Origin: Schizochytrium sp. TIO01
Lineage: Eukaryota > Protista > Bigyra: Labyrinthulomycetes
Length of the DNA: 64,000 nt
Assembly: GCA_004764695.1 (NCBI GenBank)
Contig: SMSO01000014.1
Location: 6,066,029-6,130,028 of the forward strand
Direction of reading: 5' to 3'
Positions 46,566 to 57,835 of this stretch are shown here, one piece after another. A model generated the notes under the pieces. It worked only from the letters and a program-made list of their open reading frames with translations, did not search any database and was not told where the DNA came from. The position numbers and the translations under genes are program-made. The number at the start of each line of letters is the position of its first letter. The stretch's first letter is position 1.

Positions 46566-47990
46566 ATGTTTGCCAGCAGAAATGAACGCGATGCAACAAG
46601 AGCAATTTTACAAAAGTTAGGCGACGGAGCACCCTTTGCTGTGGTGCCCACGGCCATATTTGATGAAAGGGGCATCCTCATTGACTGGGTAGATGTAAAC
46701 CAACAGCCAAGAAGTACTACAAAGTCGGGCAAAAAAGCACCACATGCCAATCGATTCGATAGGGGCGAGGTAAGACACAAACAAAAGGAAGACGCAAAAA
46801 GAGCTCCGCAAGTTCGAATCAAGCGCAAGAAGTATGATGAGGTTAACCTCTTGAGCCTACTCGCAGCATGGGAAGATGACGCTCGTAAGGCAAATTCACG
46901 GGAGCGTGTTTGTATTGAAACAACTGGGGGCCGACAGGTTTGCCTGGATGTCAAGGCGTTTCGAGCGTGGGTTAGGCGGCGTGCATGGCAAGAAGCAGAG
47001 GTCCGTGCAGATACTTATGAAACTTCTCATAAAGATTTCCTTGCGGGACCTTTCTTTGCACAGGCCTTCATAAGAGCTGATGATGGTGTGCAATTCGACG
47101 TCGACTATTCCAGGGGCGGGGCGAGTAGGTTATCTGACGAGATCCAGATTAAATTTCGCGCGCGGCTACGCTCTTCTACTTACAGTATGTCGTCTGAGAG
47201 CTTGTCAAAATCCGACTCGAAATTAGATGATGACATTTTGGATAGCGTTAGTCCAATAGTCGAGCCAGGCTTACAAACTGCGCTTCGGAATCTTGTTGAA
47301 GATCTTATTCACTATCTAGAGTCTCGCCATGATATATGTGTTCATGTATTGTCACTTCATTTCATTCGGGACGTAACGCATGGCCATCTGGTATTGCTAC
47401 ATGCATCGACTGCTGTGTGGGGCCCAGCAGAGAATTATTCTCGAGAATCAAAAGAGGAAAAAAGTGGCGGGAAACATATTAGTAATTCGAAAGCAGATAA
47501 AAAACAGGCATCCTCTTTGTCATCACCTACCTCACCGCATGGAACCCTTGATCAAAGTATAAAAGACAATTCAAAGAAACAGGCTATTGAGAAAGCACCC
47601 CTCGGAATGCGTCCGGGCATGACGAAACTAGCCGAAGCTCACGCAAGAATTGAGTGTCTTCACCAAACGGTGGAGAATCTTCAACAAAATAAGAAACAGG
47701 ATGCCTTACGGCTTGCACAATCTGACAAGCTGGTTTCCTCCTTGCGCGAACAACTTGAGAAGCTCCGCGTGGAGCGAGACTTGAAGGAAATCAATCTTCG
47801 TGCTAATATTACTGAACAGGATCGTGAGCTTGTCGAGGTCAAGGATGAGCTTGCTGAGGTTCGCGCACATCTTGCTCTAGAGAGATCTCTTCGATCACAG
47901 GCTGAACAAGAATTGTACGATGCGAAGCAAATCCTTACCTCGCTCCAAACTCATGAAACGTTCTTGCAGAAAGGAAATTCCAACCCCTGA
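46566..47990 (+). CDS. Hypothetical protein with a C-terminal coiled coil; 5' end uncertain
   Basis: 474-codon ORF with a heptad-rich C-terminus (LAEAHARIECLHQTVENLQ...LREQLEKLRVER...). Confidence 0.75.
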   Translation: MFASRNERDATRAILQKLGDGAPFAVVPTAIFDERGILIDWVDVNQQPRSTTKSGKKAPHANRFDRGEVRHKQKEDAKRAPQVRIKRKKYDEVNLLSLLAAWEDDARKANSRERVCIETTGGRQVCLDVKAFRAWVRRRAWQEAEVRADTYETSHKDFLAGPFFAQAFIRADDGVQFDVDYSRGGASRLSDEIQIKFRARLRSSTYSMSSESLSKSDSKLDDDILDSVSPIVEPGLQTALRNLVEDLIHYLESRHDICVHVLSLHFIRDVTHGHLVLLHASTAVWGPAENYSRESKEEKSGGKHISNSKADKKQASSLSSPTSPHGTLDQSIKDNSKKQAIEKAPLGMRPGMTKLAEAHARIECLHQTVENLQQNKKQDALRLAQSDKLVSSLREQLEKLRVERDLKEINLRANITEQDRELVEVKDELAEVRAHLALERSLRSQAEQELYDAKQILTSLQTHETFLQKGNSNP

Positions 47991-49356
47991 TAGTCTCACG
48001 CTTGGTTGGTTTGCTGATTAAATCTATAATCAAAAGCGCATCTATGTGAATCTATTTTCATTGTTAACTCGAAATGTTATACTTTCATATCTCTTGATTT
48101 TATTCTCAGAACTCTCTCTTTTCCTTATCAAAATCAAGGGCGCTTTTCCAGAGTCCAAACTCGAGCAATCATAAATCAATTTACACGAGTGCGATGTTTC
48201 TTATTGGGTGTCTGCAATTGCTGGCTTTCTTTGCTCTGTTACCTCATGGGTCCTGCCCTGCCCTTATCTTGCTTGGAATCTGACTTGCAAGGTTCACTCC
48301 ACATGTTTTGTCATTCCTTTGTGGGCTGTGTGCGAGTGCAATAATTTCTTAAGGATGACAAAGGAGGGTTCTACGGACCACAGAGTAGGTCTTTCTCGAG
48401 GTCCACGACAAGCAACCTCGATACTGTTTGCTGCCTCCTTCTCGTGGCACTATCCGACCACCCTGAGTACCCAACGTTGGACTGGTTCTTATTTACCGGG
48501 TCAAATATGAATAAAAAACAACCTCAGTCCAACTCATTGCAAACCATATCTGCTATCCTGTAACCCATGTAACTGCTACCTAGATCGCCTCTGCTGCCAA
48601 CGTCATGGCGCAGTCCCCGTGTGTGTATGTATGCTCGTCTTTATGTATGCATGTACCATATGATGTATCTACGCGTGAGGAATCCAACATTCATTCAGGA
48701 ATTGAAGATCCTATCTGAAGTTTTGAGGTGAATGCGATGTTGCTAGCTTCGTTACTACCTAGAACCCTACTAGTACATGCATAAGTTTTCTTTTCTTTTC
48801 TCCCTCTCGCCAGAAAAATCATGACGAGAATATAGTACCTACGTATGTGACTCCTACTACACTAAATCATTCAATTTTTATTTACCATGTCTAAATCGTC
48901 TTATAAAGTTATAAAAAATAAAGTAAAAAATACTTCAGTTATATTCGATATATGATACACATAGAGAATCCTCTCTAATTTCTCTAATTAGAAGAAAGAA
49001 AGAGACTACAATTAATTGAAAAAGAGAAAACAATTAAAACCGCTGAGGTTTCTCCCGCACTCTTATCGTTCACCTACCCCAAACGATAGCAGTTTGCGCC
49101 AGTGTTCAGTCTCACCACCGTTTCCCGTATCGCTCGCAGCGCTGTCCATAGTACCAAGTCATGAATCGCAAGCACAGGACAGCAAACTATTCCGCTTGCG
49201 CACAAATAAGCGACGCAGAGCCGCGGGTAATAAATAATTCGACCTGAGACCCAGCGCATCGTCCTCTGCCGTCGGTATAGGCAGGCGTCTGTCTACCTGC
49301 GTTGGCCTCGTGGCTCCTCACTGCCTCAGTTCGATTGATACGGCTTTGCTTTGTTT

Positions 49357-49520
49357 ATTTATTGATTGATTTCTTTGTTTATTGATTGATTGATTTCTTT
49401 GTTTATTGATTGATTGATTTCTTTGTTTATTGATTGATTGATTTCTTTGTTTATTGATTGATTGATTTCTTTGTTTATTTATTAATTAGTTTCTTTGTTT
49501 ATTTATTAATTAGTTTCTTT
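49357..49520. repeat. 24-bp minisatellite, about 7 copies (ATTGATTGATTGATTTCTTTGTTT and variants)
   Basis: Four identical units at 49381, 49405, 49429 and 49453, flanked by diverged units at 49357, 49477 and 49501. Confidence 0.9.
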
Positions 49521-49531
49521 CTTTTTTCATA

Positions 49532-49822
49532 TTGTTTGTTTGTTTGTTTGTTTGTTTGTTTGTTTGTTTGTTTGTTTGTTTGTTTGTTTGTTTGTTTGTT
49601 TGTTTGTTTGTTTGTTTGTTTGTTTGTTTGTTTGTTTGTTTGTTTGTTTGTTTGTTTGTTTGTTTGTTTGTTTGTTTGTTTGTTTGTTTGTTTGTTTGTT
49701 TGTTTGTTTGTTTGTTTGTTTGTTTGTTTGTTTGTTTGTTTGTTTGTTTGTTTGTTTGTTTGTTTGTTTGTTTGTTTGTTTGTTTGTTTGTTTGTTTGTT
49801 TGTTTGTTTGTTTGTTTGTTTG
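49532..49822. repeat. Perfect (TTTG)n microsatellite, about 291 bp (about 72 units)
   Basis: Direct reading. Confidence 0.98.
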
Positions 49823-51504
49823 ACTGTTTCCTATTTTTCTCTCATTCTTTTACATTTCTTTCTTGAAATGTAACGCGATCGATCGATTCTCTGTGCGTAT
49901 ATATAAATAACATGGCATATTAAAAACAAACTAAGAACGTCTATCCAATGTAAAGCGATTCACTCATTCGTTCATCGCGATCGACGTTCGAGGAGTCCAC
50001 GAAAGGTCTCGACTGCCACGGTTGGAGGCTCTGCAGAGTGCAGTGCGCTGGTGTCAGGCAGCCGCAGGGCCTCGTTCTCGCCCACTCCTGTGTCTGATGC
50101 GCTTGCGAACGAAAGATTGGACGATTCGACGCATTCATTCAATCCTAACAATTGCAATGCAGGCGTTCCAAAACGTTGTTCTGTTCTGCCGCGATCTCAA
50201 ATTGATCGATTGACATCGAAAGTTGTTTCTCCTTCAATCTCATTCACTCACTCACTCACTCACTCACTCACTCCTCATCGTTTGGGCGATGGTCGTCGTG
50301 ATGTGATGGATGGCCTCGGAGATGCTCAAGTTTAGCTCGTCGTTGATGGCAATCGCTACGCTCGTGCTGATTCCGGGAGCGAGCTCGGCTGCGGTGCCTC
50401 GAGCAGTCCAGGCTGGATGAGTGAATGAGTGAATGAGTGAATGAGTGAATGAATGCAAATGAGAGAGAATACACATCTTCGATAGAATGGAATACTTTGA
50501 TAAGTGAGAATTATGATTGTTGTTGAGAATTTTATTATCTTAAGAATGAGATTTGAAAGAAAATTGAGTATATGATATATGTATATAGATATATGTATAT
50601 GTATATGTATGTATGTCAATGTATGTCAAAGTTTGTATATGTATGAATAAAAAGACGTAAATAATTAGTTATCATCAGACAGAGTTGAGTTCGCTACGCC
50701 GCAAACTCCGTCTGCGCCGCCCTCGCGCGGGCAAGAGCAGAGGCACCGCTGCCCCGGGTCTCTGGGATATTGAGGACGCGGCACGCTGATCCAGGCAGCC
50801 AGTCAGCTCGGCGACGACGCGGCCGGCCAGAGCGCGCCAGCTAGCGCGCCAGCGAGCAGAGGGCAGAGCTCGCTAGCTCGAAACGTGGATTGTAGCAGGG
50901 CCTGCTCGGCAACTGCACTGTCGCTTTAATCCTGGCTCGCTTCGAATCCTTACGCACTGCTGTCTTATACGTCGAATCATTGGAAGTCATTGTGCTGCGT
51001 ATCTGTGCGAGGTCTCTCGCCTCATTCATTCTCATTGCGATAGTCTCTGTGCTCGATTTGCACATATTAATTATCATTGGGGATTTTAAATAGAGATTAG
51101 AGGATTAAGGCATCGCGAACTTGGCGTGAAACACAAGGAAAGATCTGATAGACACCAGTGACGCTTTGAATAGACTCTGTTTCACTGTGTCTTGTAAGCC
51201 TTTCGAAGCACATTACCCTTAATCAAGCAGGAATTTGCGCTCAGAGTCTTTACGCATTTTCACGAAAACGCTGTGGCTTTAATACAAATCTGATCAAGTG
51301 TGACTTCAACCCTATTCTGTATCTAGTTAGACTCTCACATTCACTAGATTGTGGGGTATATATTATTGAGGGGTTGGGACATTCCAACGAAACTTGTGTG
51401 CCACAGTTCCTCGATTTTAGTGGTTTGTTTGTTTTGGTCGGAGGTGACCTTTGGGACCCTGCAATTGGCTGTGTACGGAAGCTCTGCATTGCTGTGATAG
51501 AAAA

Positions 51505-51638
51505 ATGCCTCCTGCTAAGGGCAATCGTGTAGGACCACAGCAGCGTCGAAGGATGCAGCAAAATGGAAGCAATGGCAGCAACAACCACAACAGCAGCAGC
51601 AACGGCAGCAACGGCAACAACGGCAACAACGGCAGCAA

Positions 51639-51673
<35 letters not shown>

Positions 51674-54600
51674 GTATCAATATCAGTAATATGAACAACA
51701 TGGGCAACATGGGCAACATGGGCAACGCTATGCTTAATAATATGAGTGCTACGAATTTCAATGGAACCCAAAGCCACAACAACGGTGGGGTCAGTGGCAA
51801 CGATAATACCAATGCTCTGTTCATCAATGGAGTAATAACTCAATTAATCAGTATTGCTCAGGAGGATCCATTGGCTCTCGATTCTTTTTTAAAAACTCAT
51901 GAAGGACTTCAGATAATGACCACTATTCTCGACTGGACTAGGCAGAGTTTTCCTCCTGGTGTGGACTATGAGAAACCATGTTTTTTTGTGGCCCAGGGAC
52001 GCCCTATGCTTTTCGTACCGACCAAGCCAAGCTTCTTCGAATTGATTGCCATGAACGGACAAATTGGAGGACAAACAGAAGTGGGCTTTCTCACTGTGGA
52101 TCCTCAGGTTCTTCAACCGATCGACCCAAGTCAAGTGTATAGTTTTCTTCAACAGAATCTTTCATCTACTATGCAAGGAAGCAATAATACTCAAACCTCC
52201 ATGGATCAAAATACGGCCATGGCGCTTGCTGCAGCCGCGCTTGCAGCTCAACCTGCTCCAACTGCTGCTACAGCTACCACCAGTAGCAGCAATAATACCA
52301 GCTTAAATTCTAAAAGCACCAGCAGCAACAAAAGTAATACGAACAACAGTAAAAGTAACAAAACTAGCACCAGTTCCACCACGAGGATCAATAGTCGCAA
52401 CAGCAACACCGCAGTGACCAGGAACGAAGTGTCTAACACAGATCTCAACAGTGCAAAAAGCATCAAGAGTAAGTCTTTTGCTGTAAATCAAGAGGACGAA
52501 GAAAGCTCTGATGAAGAAGACGACATCGCGAATCAGACCCCATCTCCTTCGACAGATGGAGGACGCGGGCAGCCTAAGCGAAGTAGTGTCGCGCCGGCAC
52601 GAATATCTGCCCTTGACACACCTAGTGACGAAGATCAGGATGGAGAAGATGACGACGAGGAGGAAGATGACGACGAGGAAGATGACTTTGCAAAGAAGGC
52701 TCAAGAAAAGGCAAAGCTTGGCGCAGCACAGCCAAAACCGATTTTAGGGAAGCGTTCTTACATGTCTGGGCCACGGTCTTCACATCTTCCATATCCAAAA
52801 TCACATCAGCGCCAACGTGTTATAGTTGCGCTGAGTCCCGACGGATCTTCTGACGAGGAAAGCAGCGGGCATTCAAGTGGTTCGGACGATGAAGACGCGA
52901 GAGGAGATCGGCGACTTATTGTGGAGTTCTTCCAAGACAAGCAGAATAGCAACGATTCCCGTGCCACAACCACCTCTCAAGAAGACAATAAAGTATCCAC
53001 GAAATCGTCTAAACAGCCAGATTCCGTTGATAGCACACGAGGCGGAGCAGACAAAGATGGGAATGACAAGGATAGTTTTCTTTTTGAAGGAACATGGAGC
53101 GAGGTTCCAGAGGAGTATCGTAGTGCATTGCAAAAAATTGAGGATGATGTCAGAAATAGAGGTGGATCAGATCACGAAGTTAAGATCTTGCATGATAGAT
53201 GGAAAGTAAGGGTTGGAAAAACTCGCACGGGTCGCAGTACATATACATTTACCGATGAGGGTGGGTACACTTACAAGCAGGCAAGTAAGGTCCCGAGCTC
53301 TGGTCTCGCGCTTATCCCAGTGAACGTTGCTTGGTACCAAGCTTGTGAGGCAACTAGTGAAATGCTCAAGACTCCCGCTTTCAAAGATTTTAAAGAGACT
53401 GTTCTCTCTGATCAAGCCTTTAAACTGGAGAATTCTATGAAGTATCAAGTTGAGGCCTGTAAGCAATCTGGGTGGACTTCACAATACACAGACGAGCCAG
53501 ACCAAGATAAAAATAAGGCGAAGAAGGACACTGAAGTTGGGAGTGATAGCGGCGACTTCGAAAACGAGAACAAACTGAAGAAACAACCGTTGGAGAACTA
53601 TCTGAAGCTTTTCAAGCTTGTGCAGCCTTTTCCTCTGAGTGCTAAAAAGGAATCAAAAGAAGATGAAGTACCAGAAGTTTTACAGTTTGGCGTGCTCACA
53701 GATCACGCAACTGCGTGCCAAGGCAGTTTTTTGTTACCTGATGGATTTCGTAGCGTGCGGAAATGGGTTCGATGTGTGGGTCGTTTTCCAGAACCCAAGT
53801 GGCAAGAATGTCTTTATACAATAGAGATCCACAACGTAGGCTCTGGATCTATTGAGTTAATTCTTTACGAGCACATGAGTCTCGATAAATCTTCTCAGAC
53901 ACGTGTTATCCAACGTGCGCAAAGTCCCTTGGACCTTTGGCGCCCACTCATTAAAAGGTGGGTTAACATCATTGATGAGTCCTATCATCGTCACCTTGCG
54001 GCAGTAGAGGCCTCTGCGGAGGTAGTCGAAGCTCAAAAAGGTGGCTCGGCCGCCGGCTGCCGCCGCTGCTGTTGCCGCAACCAGCACGACAAACGATGCA
54101 GAGTCTGTGCATGGGTCCTGGCGCCTGTTGGAGGACACCCAAAACCGTGATACAGATGCCTATATTCGTAAACAATTGCCCGAAGCATCCGTACAAACTG
54201 ACAGGATCATAGAAGTACCTATGAGCTCTTGTGGTGGCTTTATTCTTAGCAAACACCAAGATAAATGGAAAATTGTTGGGTTCAATGGAGGATTCATAGG
54301 TACCGGTCTTCACCTTGCACATATTGGTGATGAAGTTCTTGGGGTGTCAACTTCGACACAAACGAAGGTCTGGTCGTCGCCGCAGGTCATACCAGACCTG
54401 CAGTCAGTAATTAATAGCTGTTCTTTTGTCCTTTTGCGTCGCGCTCAAGCAACCACTGCAACAAACTCAAACCTACCCCTCGCTATCCAGAGTCACGATC
54501 AAAAGATCAAATCTTTCTATGATCTCTTGCTGTGTGACCCGTTGGTGAGGGCAAAGGCAAGTGAAGATGCCAAACACCAGGCTGCACTTGCCGCAGCCAC

Positions 54601-56488
54601 ACTTTGTGGTCTTGCAGATGGAAATTGGCGGGTACAGACAATTATTAGTGCAATGCCCAACGGCGTATTGCATTCATGTGTGAACACCTATCGCTTACCG
54701 GAGCAAATTCCACGAGGACGTAAAAAGGTGGATCTGAAATTTATTGCGACGGTTGAGTCAGACATTGTTAAGTTTTATCGAGCTGTAGTGAATCCCAAAG
54801 CTCGATACTACGTCAAGCTTTTGAAGGACGTGTCGCGAGCAAACCAGCAGCAGTTTAAGCTGGAAGACCCCCTCTCTCAGAGACCATCCACTCGCAAAGA
54901 CGCCAGTGACGAGACCCTTCGTCACAAATGGCAATTGCTTGTCCAGGATCTTATTCCGGGTATTATTTTTGAAACTCCAGAGGCACCAGGGGTTGATGAG
55001 GCCAGTCGCGATTCAGTTGCTCGGGTCTTCCAGCTCCCTCCCGCGACTCTTTACAAGCAGCTGCACAGTTCTTTACCTTTCCAGTTAGAACCTTTATACA
55101 AGGCGCTGGAACCCTCCCACTCTGCAACGAACCCCAATTATAAAGCTGAGGACCCTGACCAAGAGGTTTCTCTTGTAATGGACTCAATGATTGGTGTTCT
55201 TGAACTCGGGTCATGGTCGAAGCAGCAAAAGGATGCGCTCTATCGCTCCATCATGTCCCGTGGATCTAATTTGCAAAACATTCTTCACGTTCCTGACTCA
55301 GCTGATGCTGAGCTACTGCGGAATGGTGGATTTACAGAGACAAGTCTGCACTGTAGGTGCATTCAAAAGCGTGTCTTCCAGGAAAAGGCGCCTTTCGAAC
55401 ACGCCGCACGAGCTCAAAAGGAACAAAGACTTTTATCAAATATTTTAAAGAAACTTGTTCGCGATGTAGAAAAGGAACATCGGGAGTGGAAAGCAGAGCA
55501 ACGGAGGAAGCGCAGCAGTCGAAAGAAATTACAGCAGGATCGTATTGCTGAAGCTGCTGCGCGCGGGCCTGCCCTGCTGCCTATGGAGTATGCATCTCTG
55601 TGTGCCTCTATCCGCCGTTTCGGGCGTGTAAGTTGGGCTGAGCTTTCAACTTCTCGTGAGCTCACTGGAAACTTAAATCCAGTTCAGCGTTCAGCTCATG
55701 CACTAGAACGAGCATGGGAGGAGCTTGCTTCGGTAATTTGTGTGCATGGCCACCACGGTTCGCTTTATCCATTAATGGGTTTTTATGTTCGCCTTGGTAA
55801 GCTCGCATCGTTTGCATGTAAAGACCGTCGTGAGATGCAACCATTCTGCTCACCCAAGACAGAGTCTCTAGATGGTACCGAAACTTTTGTATTTATCGGC
55901 CCTGGTGGAAACTCGGCATCAGCCCAACGGCTCATTGGCAAAGCTAAGCTTAAAATTAGTCTGGATCGAACAATTTGGATGATTCCAAATACAGCTCGTG
56001 GTTTCGAGGAGGATGCTGCTCACATATATGGCCAGTTAGATGATACCACCTTTCACTCATCAAATGTAAATGTGTCAGCTTCTAATTCTGACTCTCTAAA
56101 ACAGAAGAACTTCATTTACGACCATAAGACCAGGTCTTGGGTTGAAGACGAAGGTCTCAAACTAACTGTCGTAAAGTTCCATGAGGAAGCTACCGAGCTA
56201 CCAAAGATTGGTGATCTCGAGGGTATTACAGCTACAGATGCTGGACTTGTTGAGGAAATCGCGCGAGCATCATCTTCTTCGAAGCCTTCCACATCCAAAG
56301 ATAAGTCGCGCTCCAAAACTTCGTCGAATAAGTCAGAGGACATTCTTGAACCTCTGCCTGACACAGCTACTTCTGCAGAAATCCATGACCGTATTCGTGC
56401 AATTCGCAAGCACCGCACTGCTCTCGAAGCGTTTGAGCGGAAATTGCTTGCACGTTTGGACGAGAAAGCTCGCGAAAAACTGGAATAA
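51505..56488 (+). CDS. Large putative chromatin protein (Asn/Ser-rich N-terminus, acidic tracts, MBD-like and FYR-like segments); split into frames 51505..54150 and 54026..56488
   Basis: Two long overlapping ORFs. The frame-1 tail GCRRCCCR is the off-frame reading of the poly-Ala in frame 2. FYRN/FYRC-like LQFGVL..FLLPDGFRSVRKW..CLYTIEIHN..AQSPLDLWRPL. First ATG is at 51505. Confidence 0.7.
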
Positions 56489-57835
56489 TTTTTACCTTAT
56501 AGGCAAGGCCATAGACTTGACCCAAAATTGGATTTTCATCAGAACAAGCGCATTTCTTGTTGTCCCTTTTCAAGCTCAAGGTTCGCTATTTCCCTTAACT
56601 GTAGACCTTATTATTGCACATTTACTTTTTCATTTTCTATTGGTTTATTATTATTTAGCATTCATTGCGCTCGACCTCCTAGTTCTAAGCTCGCGCACTT
56701 ATTCTTTGTTGTCTAAAGCTAGTAGCCAAATATGAAATATGTTTGCTTTCTTTTTCTTTTCTTCAGAATTAAAATTTAGGAAAATCTGATGTGTTATGCA
56801 ATTGCCTGTGTTGTCCCTCATTTTACCGTGAATCTGAGGGTGTGCCCCTCTTTGGTAATTCCCAATTCATCACGAAACGCAGATATATAAAAGGTTTGTC
56901 CTTGTTCAGCTTTCCCCACCCGGTAGAAGTGGATAGGCCATATAGGTAGCGCTACCTACCACTACTTTCTCTGGATATCTGGCATCAAGAAGCAAGTTCT
57001 AACCTGGAGCATTGACCTCCATATAGTACATATCGGTGAGTTAACTTTCGGTTTTTATCATTCCTAGTTGTATCATGTTCTCGCATAAGCTCCCAAGCTT
57101 TGAGTATGTTCTGGTGAGAGGCAGGCAGCCCCAAACTAATCCAAAATAGCCAGTAGCTGCTGCGGTACATCTATTGCATAACCTCGTGGTGTGAGGCACC
57201 ACTAGATGCAATGGGTCTCTTTTGCAATTTCTTGAGCGCACTGGGAAGTCGGTGAAGAAGCTACCGTGGTGTGGCACCCTCAGAGAACAGAATAGTTCGA
57301 CTTGCAGAGTTTTTTTTCTTAATCAAAAATTAATATTATTAGTAAAAAAAAAACAATCTAGTGCTAGGTATGTATATAATATACTTCGGCATTATTTACA
57401 ACATTTCTTTAAAACAATCAAAATCAAAATCTATTTATTCCTCCGAGCATACTAACCATGCAACTCCGAGAAGCCTATTGAGTCCATATAATGATACTTG
57501 TTCCCAGGTCTCACATCTTCAACGAGTCAACCTCCGTTCGTTTTGAACACTAGCTTAACTAATGTATGATGAGACGCATAGAATCTTTGTCTGTCGCAAT
57601 TATGAGGGATCCAAGTGGGCCGTCCCTCATAAAATAGTCACGGCTTTCTTTAGTAAACTCGAAAACCTCGACCTGAGGTCTGAGCTGAGGTTTTGCTCTG
57701 AGCGTGCGGACTCCCGAGCCTGTTACACTGAGCGGGTGTGCCAGGGCTGCTCTCTTGGAGAGAGCTAGAGGCGTGACAAGCCTTTAAGAGTTGGTCGGAA
57801 GTTAGTTTTGGTTGCCAATCATCGCGTTTTGCGCC

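Noticed and set aside
49458-49873. ORFs encoding (FVCL)n, and similar ORFs at 25587-26227
   Set aside because: They are translations of TTTG microsatellites, which contain no stop codons.
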